Assembly: GCF_964204645.1 (NCBI RefSeq)
Contig: NC_134035.1
Location: forward strand, 12,556,451-12,620,450
DNA length: 64,000 bases
Source: Tubulanus polymorphus
Lineage: Eukaryota > Animalia > Nemertea
Reading direction: 5' to 3'
Part shown: in pieces, positions 30,701-40,230 of the stretch
Layout of the letters: each line of letters starts with the position of its first letter
How positions within the stretch are numbered: the stretch's first letter is position 1
The notes under the pieces: generated by a model
Seen by the model: only the letters and a program-made list of their open reading frames with translations
The model's database searches: none
What the model was told of the DNA's origin: nothing
Translations under genes and position numbers: made by a program

Positions 30701-32206
30701 CATATTGGATGATATGATGACCTTGTTTGGTCATATGATAGACCATTTCATTTCACATTTCAGAAACCAAGATGGCCGCCAATCAGCCATCTTGGATCCA
30801 ATTAATACAAATATAAAACTCCTCCGAGATGTTTTGGTCATACACAATATATGTGAATTTGAAGCCGATTGGCCAAAAACTGTGGTCTGTAGAGCGTTCA
30901 CAAGAAATATGACACACGCACGCCAGACCACACTAAGACCCAGGGCCGGTTGCATAGTCACGGCTTAGACTTAAGACCAACTAAGTTCTATAGCCAATCT
31001 AACAACCTAAGATCACTTCTAAAATTTAAGACAACTTTTGGACTTAAATCAAAACTGTGCAACCAACCACAGGGACTAACCGAATGGCCTTCGGCCAAGT
31101 GGGCTAAAAATTATAACATATATACCGGTATTTAGTCTTTTTCCTTAAAAACATTTCAGGATTTTGCTTCGATGAATCCAACTTGAGATATGAACTATCA
31201 CTTTTCATTGAAATTCCAAGTTTTAGATTAATATGCAAATAGTTAAAGGTTATAATATAATATAATGTAATTATAATATCATATAATGATTACTTACCCA
31301 AGGCTTTGTAACTTTACCAGCTGAGATTCTGGCCAAATTGGGATATCTTTTTATGAGTTCTTGGCATGCCTCTGTATATTGTCTTGATGTCGAGATTCCC
31401 TCGGGTCTCTTGAGTAAACCGTATGCCATTTGAGTCACACATTCATCCCAAACGGCGGCAGCAGCTGATGCAGAGGCTGATAGCTTATCCACCACATCAG
31501 CGCTTAGTTTTGGTAATTCCTTTAAATATTGGATTTTACAGGCTTGCTACATGACCAATTCTAAATTTGAGGGTTATTCGAGGGATTTGAGGGGCTGTAG
31601 GAACCCTGTTATAATTGATAGTATATAAAAGATATACTCACAATTGATGCCGATTCCTCCGAATCAATGAAATCAGACCTTTCTGAGCTGATGTCAGTAT
31701 CAGTTGACGAAGATAAATCAGGTTGAAGAGTACTCTTATGGACGTCTAATAAAAGTTATAATTGAATTATTATTAGTTAAAACAACTACTACAAGTTTGT
31801 GATAATTTGATGATTCACCATTTCTAAGAATATATACGCCTATATACTCACCATAATTGATCAGAGTTTCACCAGACTTTAATATGAGGAGAGTCGTATC
31901 AGTTTGTGAAATCACCTCAAACACCTCTTCGTCGAAGATCTCAGTTCCATCGCTGGTGTACACTGACGGTGGATCATCTTCACTTGAAGATAACCATTTC
32001 GTAGCTAAACAACCAAAAATATTGTTATACAAGATTAAATAAACCAGTATATTTACATGAACTTGAACTTGAACTACATAATACCAAATATCGACTTACA
32101 TACCTTTATCTTTTAACATTTTTAGTGATGACGCGATCAAGAAAACTTTGTTTCCTGCTGAATTTATGCACCGATGAAGTGTGGTTTTGTTGTCGACCGA
32201 ACACAT
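27702..32206 (-). CDS. EnSpm accessory protein (ORF2, SAMD3-like C-terminus) with N-terminal CIDE-N-like domain; 15 exons, ~672 aa
   Basis: Exons 32206-32104, 32004-31852, 31745-31642, 31546-31298, 30523-30412, 30338-30234, 30164-30063, 29993-29892, 29822-29721, 29651-29550, 29470-29372, 29295-29132, 29048-28929, 28251-28165 and 28016-27702 are phase-compatible and stop-free (2019 nt). The motifs LIKRYPNL, LMKATLAQRRQEI and YYIFDLNYP...FFQ resemble the ORF2 proteins of animal EnSpm elements. A further micro-exon near 28860-28890 is possible. Confidence 0.78.
28295..28783. mobile_element. Harbinger-like MITE in an ORF2 intron
   Basis: Imperfect TIRs ggcgcgtttagacgac / gtcgtgtgaacgcagc with tata flanks. 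A similar element lies at ~41156-41610. Confidence 0.55.
29372..30338 (-). repeat. Tandem array of exon+intron units (171-bp period), six exons
   Basis: Most units are a 102-bp phase 1-1 exon (DESLLGRCGLSRESPSPVGFLNEDWSSCEAVKAS) plus a 69-bp GT-AG intron. The outer exons are 105 and 99 bp. Confidence 0.9.
30560..31110. mobile_element. Non-autonomous repeat (Helitron/Helentron-like end) with a nested MITE, in an ORF2 intron
   Basis: caagatggccgcc...gccatcttg motifs and a terminal hairpin ggccttcggcc followed by gtgggctaaaa. It is interrupted by the MITE at ~30942-31072. The class is inferred. Confidence 0.45.
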
Positions 32207-32338
32207 ATTTTAATAAAGCTGACACTGTCAGTGTGAGATTGAAAACCTTGCTTTTTCAAACGGACAGTTTACCTAAGCAATAAGAAATATTTCCACAAAA
32301 ATTCTAGCATTAAAGGAGTAGTCAGATAGTTGGATATA

Positions 32339-32499
32339 CATGGAACCTCGTTATAACATCAGATATAACGATTTATCGGTTATTACAAACTGTTCAAAAT
32401 GGGATAATTTGACCTCCTATAATTTTTCATACTGGATTCAAAATATATCAGTTATAATGAACATATTTTCTGGTCTCATGAAGTAACGAGGTTCCACTG
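32339..32499. mobile_element. Tigger/pogo-like MITE
   Basis: TA-ca(g)tggaacctcgtta ... taacgaggttccactg-TA termini. Confidence 0.7.
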
Positions 32500-32567
32500 T
32501 AGTTTCTGACAGACACACCACATCCAGTGACCTAGCCTTCTATAAAATCTATAAAAACAACAGCAGT

Positions 32568-35099
32568 TTACAACATTACGAGAGGACTATAGCAAAGTAA
32601 AACATATCTCTTATAACCAAAGCATTTTTGGGGCAGTACCCAAGGGAATTGGAGATCCTGAACAGACAAGATCTTATTTCTACTACAAGAGTGATCCTCT
32701 CGAAGCTCATAAGCATTGAGAGTGTAATCATACCTCTCGACTAAAAACCTATCAAGTAGCAAGTATTTCTCTTCCTGAACAACTACAATCTTAGTAATCT
32801 TACAAAATACGGGATATTCATCTTCATCGAATTCTAAAAGGAGAATGTTGTCAGGCATGTAAATATGACCATGTACGACGATCTTTGGGCTTATCATCAA
32901 AGGACCTATCTGCAATCTATGTGTTTCACGTACTAAATATGTCATTATATCATTGAAATGGTCTTCGTCTTCATGCATTATGTGCCCAAATTTTATGTCA
33001 TCTTCGTCATTTAAGAAACGCATCGATCTTTGCCCATCCGTCCCGAGTTGCTGAAGACAAAGCCACTGCTGGTGCTTTGTCGCAATAACTAGAGCAATAT
33101 TCTTAAAATTGTTCCATTTCATCTTTTTGAAAAAACCATGTTTCCCTTCGAAGCGCATACACCAATGTGTGCGCAGAGGACCATATTTTCGCATCTGATC
33201 CCCAAAATGTACCATATAGTGCAATTTGGGCGTATAGCTCTCATCGGGATAAATCTCTACGAATTTTCTGTTGTGTACTGCAACCAATATATCTATAAAT
33301 GCAATAGTTTCATCAGATATAATAGGGGATAAACTCAGAATAGTTATCTTTTGAAGACGTATCCAGTTACTCCAATACTCATCTCTATCATCTAGTATGT
33401 TCATAGCGTTCAAAATGAATGGCAAATGATACATTAATATCCGCATAGATTCAGACGTTTGATTTAGTTTTCCATTACCAAAAAGAGTTTTTCTATCTAT
33501 GGGTTGAGGTCTATCTTTCATTTCAAGTTCAGAATAGCTGTAATTTGCTATGCAGTTGTTTAGAACACTAACATTCATGTTTTTATCAGATACCATATGT
33601 CGAAGACATAATTTGGTCTCATAATTGCAAATTCCTTCCAGTAGTACATGCATGACATCCATAGGAAAACACTTCGTTATCTGGAAATCATTGATACCTT
33701 GCAACACAGAATCATTATTTATCCCATACTCACTACTCATTAGAAGCCTATCAGCCCTACTAAGTTCTTTCAGGTAATTACACCTCTCTCTATGTTCAAC
33801 TTCTTCTCGCATCATGCAGTCAGAGGGACAGAATATAGCATTCATGTCATTCTTATGAATATCACAAAGTCTGCAAGGCTTGCTGGCTCCACCAACCCCT
33901 TCTTTAAAGCCAGCAATTTCATTTGCTGCAGGCGTATCTCCAGTGAATGCCAATAAAGTCCCATTAGTACGATATATGCCGGAGGGTAAGATGAATGTGT
34001 ACCCATCATAGAGAGTGTTTAGATCATCAACAAAATTTTTAAGAAGCTTTTGAAGCCTGTCCCTGTGACCAACAATATACTTTCTCAGTGTAACAGCTAC
34101 AAGATGAATTACTGGCAATTTTGATCGTAATTCAGGTGGAATGTTGCATACAACTACATAGAATATGATTATTTTATGCAATTTGGCATGAGTTCCAATC
34201 GGATTGGCTAGCTCGAAATCATCACAGTATGCAAGAAGGCAAAGTGCATTCGGGTTTTTTTTGAACAGAGGATGGTTTTTGAAATAAGTACCATCGCACA
34301 TGTCTCGCATGTATTGATCTTCACTAGCATGACTTATATTGGCACAATTCTTTACTTGAGGTATACTCAAAATTGATTTAAGAGTTTCTAATAATGGTAT
34401 AAAATAGCCAAGAGCAGGGACTTTCTTGAAAATATATCTACCTTTAACCTTGACCTTTTTGAAATAATGACCTAACACTATTTCCACAGGTTCAACCAAA
34501 GAGAAATTATCTCTAAAGAACTTGTTCTGCATATAAGTACTTTGAAGCCCAGCAAATACATCCTGCTTTTCAGCAAAGTAATGAGTAATCAAATTCTTTT
34601 GTTCTTCATTCAGTCCAGGAACTAATCTAAGAATATTATCACGAGTACACTCAGAAACAATTTCAGTAAACTGGCTGACTGTTTCAAGCATCTCACAGGT
34701 TGCTCTTGCACTTATTTTATGGCCAGCTCTCATTTTTAGAATGAATTGCCCAGCACTCATTTTCAGTTGGTCAACTGCTGCAACATTGAGTTCATTTTGA
34801 TTTTGTTGAATATCATGTTCCACTAGGCCTAAGTCAGGTCTAGGATCATCATTTAGGCCTATTTGGAGATTTTGCGGTTCTGGTAGGTCTATGTCATCGG
34901 GTTCATGGTCAACTTCTTCCCTATGGGCATGGTGGCGTTTAAAATGACTACGATATGAAAAATAATTATGATAGGTGGCACCACAGGCATCACACGTTAT
35001 TTTGAAATGTGGATCATTTCTATGTTTTCTTAAGATGTGATTTTTAAAATCATCATTGCTTATTGAAAAAAAGTTACATAAGTTACAAGTATAGACCAT
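32568..35099 (-). CDS. EnSpm/CACTA transposase, 843 aa, with two N-terminal C2H2 zinc fingers
   Basis: Uninterrupted ORF. Zinc fingers CNLC..HILRKH and CDAC..HFKRHH; conserved blocks YCDDFE.NPIG, GDTPA, PCRLC, PMDVMHVLLEG, TPKLHYMVH and GPLRTHWCMRFEGKH. It lies between CACTG TIRs. Confidence 0.95.
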   Translation of the reverse strand: MVYTCNLCNFFSISNDDFKNHILRKHRNDPHFKITCDACGATYHNYFSYRSHFKRHHAHREEVDHEPDDIDLPEPQNLQIGLNDDPRPDLGLVEHDIQQNQNELNVAAVDQLKMSAGQFILKMRAGHKISARATCEMLETVSQFTEIVSECTRDNILRLVPGLNEEQKNLITHYFAEKQDVFAGLQSTYMQNKFFRDNFSLVEPVEIVLGHYFKKVKVKGRYIFKKVPALGYFIPLLETLKSILSIPQVKNCANISHASEDQYMRDMCDGTYFKNHPLFKKNPNALCLLAYCDDFELANPIGTHAKLHKIIIFYVVVCNIPPELRSKLPVIHLVAVTLRKYIVGHRDRLQKLLKNFVDDLNTLYDGYTFILPSGIYRTNGTLLAFTGDTPAANEIAGFKEGVGGASKPCRLCDIHKNDMNAIFCPSDCMMREEVEHRERCNYLKELSRADRLLMSSEYGINNDSVLQGINDFQITKCFPMDVMHVLLEGICNYETKLCLRHMVSDKNMNVSVLNNCIANYSYSELEMKDRPQPIDRKTLFGNGKLNQTSESMRILMYHLPFILNAMNILDDRDEYWSNWIRLQKITILSLSPIISDETIAFIDILVAVHNRKFVEIYPDESYTPKLHYMVHFGDQMRKYGPLRTHWCMRFEGKHGFFKKMKWNNFKNIALVIATKHQQWLCLQQLGTDGQRSMRFLNDEDDIKFGHIMHEDEDHFNDIMTYLVRETHRLQIGPLMISPKIVVHGHIYMPDNILLLEFDEDEYPVFCKITKIVVVQEEKYLLLDRFLVERYDYTLNAYELREDHSCSRNKILSVQDLQFPWVLPQKCFGYKRYVLLCYSPLVML

Positions 35100-37615
35100 A
35101 CTTACTCTCTACTGTACTGATTCTACAACGATAATGTTGTATTTATGACTTGATATTCGATCAAATAATAGGCACAAATATTCTGGATCAGGTTGCACTG
35201 TCCTATGTTAAAAAAGCATATGGTAAAGTGGCTATCAATCACTTCATCGCTGACGTCAAAATTCAAATAAGAGCAAATTTCCAGTATGCGCGTAAAACTA
35301 GTAATATCTTGGAATGCAATATATCGTTGCATGGGCATGGCTGAACGGCAAAGAAACTGAAAAGAAAAATAACACAGTTTCAGTATATCATCATGCCAAT
35401 AAAATGCACCGCAGCTTTTATCTTTTTATTTAGGCCTACAGAGATGTAAACTATCATACCCGTAAAGGCCTCGAATTATAATTTCTTAAGGCAATGAATG
35501 TGGAATTTTGGCGACTGTTCGTTTTTAGCAGACAGCTTAAGCTCAACGACCTTGAGAAAAGTCAAATCAATCAAATTCACTTTCTTGAGCGAGATTGTAG
35601 CTTTAGTTCATAGGTTCGATCCCTGCCCTGATTAACAGCGCGGAGTCACCGAGGAAAATATTTTTTGGTATAAAACTTTAATTCACAAGGCAGCGGCCGC
35701 TAATAATTGTCTGAAAAAATGTGGCTTCACTTAGCTCGCAGTTATGGTGGAGGCCTCCGCCAAAAGATTTTCTGCCGCATTCATTCATTGCATTTATGGC
35801 GCATCGTGGCGCGTATTAGGCCTACGCCGGCTGTGAAATGCACTGTTTGTTTAGGCCTACATGATCTGACATAATTACTTCCAATGAATGCCGATTAATA
35901 TTATAAGATCAAGAATACAAAAGCTTACTAAAGATGATTCTCCACAGTCAGCGAGGTGCAGTGAAGCGTGCTAGAACGCTTTGAAAAGTCACGTACGCTC
36001 TAGTGGAGTGATCGGTGTGTTCTTGCCGTTCCATAGCCGTTCTCAGCGTTCATCAGAACGAGCTTTTGCACTTAAATCAGCTTAGAACACTCGATGATGT
36101 TCCAAATTCATTAAAAAGTGTTCGGGAACACCTTATTTCAGTGTTCTCAGTATGTTCACTGCGTTCTTAGTTTTTACAGTGTTGTACGGCGAAACCCGAG
36201 CTCACAGCATCGTTCAGCAGTTGAAAGACCGGAGATAATGTACTTTCTTAGAATTAATATAGATCCAATATTCTGCATCATCTATTATACAGAAACTTTA
36301 AAACTAGACACTGATAACTCGATAAAGGATAGGAATACGTAATAATCATTCTATCATGAAGCCCCTATGTTATATGGTATTTTAAAGAATGCCATCATTG
36401 CAAAAAGGCTACGAAATGATACATAGTAACTAAAGACTAGCTAGACAAAAAATAAGAAAATGATGAAAATTATCGAAGGCTGGTTTTTCGAGACGATTGA
36501 AATATCAGCTGCGATTGATAACTTGAATGATTTATGAATAAGTACATTTCAGAATGATAAATTTCGTTTAACCGGGCGCAAGGTATTTCATGATATGACT
36601 AGATACCGAAACCAAGTGAAAATAGTATAAGAACAAAATCCTAATAATGTGAACAAGGCCCGTAACGGTTTTAGTTTAGCCGATAACGATAGGTTTGCGT
36701 TTGTGAATTGATGGCTTCCCTTTCCCTCGTCGACGATGGTGACGCTGGAACATAAATAGAAATATGAATTACAAATTACAACGCAGAATTCCCACTATAG
36801 AATGGATCCTAAAGATTCTAGGGTTCGTATATATTCAGACACACAGTTCCCCTATTAAAAGGGATAAAACCCTTTCCCAGGATTATCGACAAATAATTGC
36901 GCCTTTGTTTCACCGAAAGCAGAGGTCTCATAAATCCCTTAAGTTCTGGTTCCGAATGAGAAAGAAACGAATATTTCCCGTCAGAAAATACACGAAGAAA
37001 CGGATGTTAGATAACACAGCATGAATATGAGATTTGAACATCGATCTACCTGGGATCAGATACGTACCCGGCGACCTCTCTGTTGAGGTACATTGCATCT
37101 TATATTGACCACCAGAGGGTGCTTGCAGACATATTTTTTGTAATACTTCCGGCGCGTGCCGATTACGACCGGAACGTACCGAACGCGACACTTGACAATG
37201 CGACGAATGTTGAAGCGGCATCGTTTACCCAATTTTCCTGCAAACACAAGTTAAAATGTGAAAACGTCTTTAAACGGGTTATCGTTAGAACACTGATCAA
37301 ATTTTGGCTGCTTCAGTGATCATTATTTGAACGATTACGTATTTAAAATGAAAGTAAGATATCATAATCATGGCATACCAAAACCACTCCGAGTCCGTGT
37401 TGTAGCCATTTTATGAAATACCACAATGAGAAAAAAAAAACGATTCTGAAATGTTTCCTCGAGGGACGTGCTCGACGGAACAGTTATCTTCATCTTGTAT
37501 CCCTGATGATGACTATTAGGATACAGTCGTCGAACAGTCGAATAAACTACACTAGCTCAAGCGAACAAACAACATGACGGACTCCTTTTTATTCCTAGTG
37601 CGGGGTTGTATATCA

Positions 37616-38502
37616 TTAGTTCTTACCGCGTTTCCTGAGTTTTCCATTTTTGCCGCGAAGAAGTTTCAATAAGCGCCTCAGACCGTGTTTGGCCTTTCTT
37701 CCTCTCCTGCCCTGTCGTCCTCGCTTGAGGAACGGGTTGACTGGTTTGCGGTGATATCGGCGTCTATGAGCTGGGCGGCGGCGCTTCGGATGGTTTTTCA
37801 ATAGCGGATGCTTTTTTAGCAAAGGATGCTTTTTCAACGATGGATGCTGTTTCAGTAATGGATGCTGTTTCAATAATGGATGCTGTTTCAGTAATGGGTG
37901 CTTGTGACCACCAGACTTCCCTGCAACTTTCGCCCTATTTATAACCGGTGGTTTGATGCCGTGTTTTATCAAATGCGCTTTAGCCGGAGCTACTTTCTTC
38001 GCGGCAGGTTTGATTCCTGTTACGCTAATAGTTTGAACGAGCATCATCGCCACCAGTACGACCGCTAACGACACCAGCCGTATCCAGCTGCTACTAATAG
38101 CCTGCTATACGAAAACAATGCGTCGAATGACTTCATAGAAGGAACAGATTTGAAACAAGAAAAATCGTACGAATATAAGGAGAGTTGTCGCTTTAGATCA
38201 AACTACGTATTTCTAGTAGACAGCCAGCGACAAGTAAGATATTAACAAAACTGATTTAACATTCTATTAATTGCTCGATGAAAATACTTTCGTTTACTAT
38301 ATGATAGATATTTCACGACAAATCAATTGAACCGAATCAAATACCATGCTCCATTAATTTTCTTACAAGATTAAAAAGGAAAATCATACGAAACATTGCA
38401 TTACGTTAGAACAAAGATATTATTATCTATAAGAATCAATCTTAAACCTTTGCTACGAATAGCATTAAAAGTGATACCTATATATGAATAACCTACCATC
38501 AT
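37616..38502 (-). CDS. Secreted highly cationic His/Lys/Arg-rich protein with HPLLK(Q/K) repeats, ~163 aa
   Basis: The main exon 38101-37616 follows a cag acceptor (AISSSWIRLVSLAVVLVAMMLVQTISVTG-IKPAAKK...). The start comes from a micro-exon, either ATGATG|gtaggt at 38502-38497 or ATG|gtattt at 38347-38345. A hydrophobic signal peptide precedes a mature region with no Asp or Glu. Confidence 0.75.
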
Positions 38503-39989
38503 GACCTGACTCTCTGACTAGCGTTTAGTAAGATGTATATGTTATATCTATGGTAATACACTTGCCTTTTTATGTCTAATTAACAAGCTGTTACAGTCAT
38601 TTGTTACCAGCTGACTACATTTTGTCATCAACACGATTTAGAAGATGACGCATTAACGGCAAAGAAAGATCGGCAGATTCTTAAAGGACACCGTGTGACC
38701 TACGCGTTGTAACAGCAGTTTTTAATCGACTAATAGTCGTGTTAATTTAATGAAATTCGTAGGCGTTAACATTAAAAGCAAACGATGAATCATATTTCAA
38801 GGTTTTTTGGATGCAAGAAAAAAGTTCTGGCAAAACGCATTGGCTCAATATTTTTATTGGCTCATTTTAGGGTTGTTAGAGTCAACCTTTGGCCGTTCTG
38901 CGCGTCTGTTTAAAAAAGAAATCAGATGACCATCCATTCAGTAGTAAGCTTATATCTACGTTCACCAGTCGTTTCTATCTAGAGTTGGTCGGTCTCTGCG
39001 CGGTCTCTAAAAACAATTTAAGTCCATAGTCCAGGGGAGTGAATGTCCAAGCCTGGTTTAAAGCTATACCGCCGCCACTCAAAGCCTCACACCGAATTAA
39101 CCAGTCACGAGAACTATGAAATCACTTAACTGGAAATATTGTGGGGTCTTAAATCATTGACTCATTTAAACTCAGATTTTACTCTAACTCACTACTGTGA
39201 CACTGGGTCGGTTTTTACTAACTCGGTACTCTGTTTGTAAACTACAAACACCAGTCTATAAATGAGTCTATGAATATAAGTCTATATGAACTACAACTAC
39301 AACTACAAATAATCAGGGGATTTACAAATTTCGATGGTCTGATATGTAATTCACTTACAATATGGTGCAGTCGAGTCGAACAGCAGCTCAAAATTCAATA
39401 TCTTAATCGATACTTGATCCGTCGTTGACATGTATATCTATGAACGCGCGACACAAAGCGCAGTTTCGAGTTCGCTAATTAAATTAACAGTTTGATATTT
39501 GTTGTAGAGAGAGTATTTTTTGGAAAGAGTCGGTCGTGTGACCGAGAATTCCAACTGATTGGACGGTCGCGTGATTTCATTCGACAAAGTGAACCAATCT
39601 CCTGCCTGCCAATCCTCGCTTACTGAGAACAATCGGTGCCGACTTACGACAAATAAAAGATGCCCGACACCGAAAGATAATCGAGATGAATTCGTGCTGC
39701 TGAGAATGGAATTTCAATTTATCGCCAGTGATTGGCAAGATACTGTATAATTTCCTGTGTGCGTTGCCGACTTTTTATTCAAAGTTCCAGCGTCAGCCAA
39801 GGACAAGATATTGCAATCGATTTTTTTGAAAGAGCGATCGAAAAGGTGGTCGTTGACTTTTTACGATACGAACGACTTTTAGTGAAACGTAATAAATAAA
39901 AATAGTAAAATATGAAATGTTTTAAATGGTTTTGAAGCCGCTATAATTCAAGTGTGGGTTTATTTTCACTGGAATTTGTTCCACAGTTG

Positions 39990-40230
39990 ACTGTGGGTTT
40001 ATTAGACTCTGAATCCAGTTCCACAGTTTTGCGGGATTGATTAGACTCTGGATCCAGTTCCACAGTTGTACGGGTTCGATTAGACTCTGAATCCAGTTCC
40101 ACAGTTGTGCGGGTTTGATTAGACTCTGAATCCAGTTCCACAGTTGTGCGGGTTTGATTAGACTCTGAATCCAGTTCCACAGTTGTGCGGGTTTGATTAG
40201 ACTCTGAATCCACAGTTGTGCGGGTTTGAT
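39990..40230. repeat. Minisatellite, 39-bp unit, ~6 copies, matching a MITE terminus
   Basis: Unit gactctgaatccagttccacagttgtgcgggtttgatta. Confidence 0.95.

Larger units (their letters stand above)
26430..36181 (-). mobile_element. Full-length EnSpm/CACTA (CMC) DNA transposon, 9752 bp
   Basis: Perfect 19-bp TIRs CACTGTAAAAACTAAGAAC at 26430-26448 and (reverse complement) 36163-36181, with a 2-bp TT target-site duplication. Subterminal ggaacac/gtgttc repeats are present at both ends. It encodes a transposase and an accessory gene on the minus strand. Confidence 0.95.

Noticed and set aside
30621-30968. 115-aa ORF and its antisense ORF
   Set aside because: They lie within a repeat insertion in an ORF2 intron and show no protein motif.
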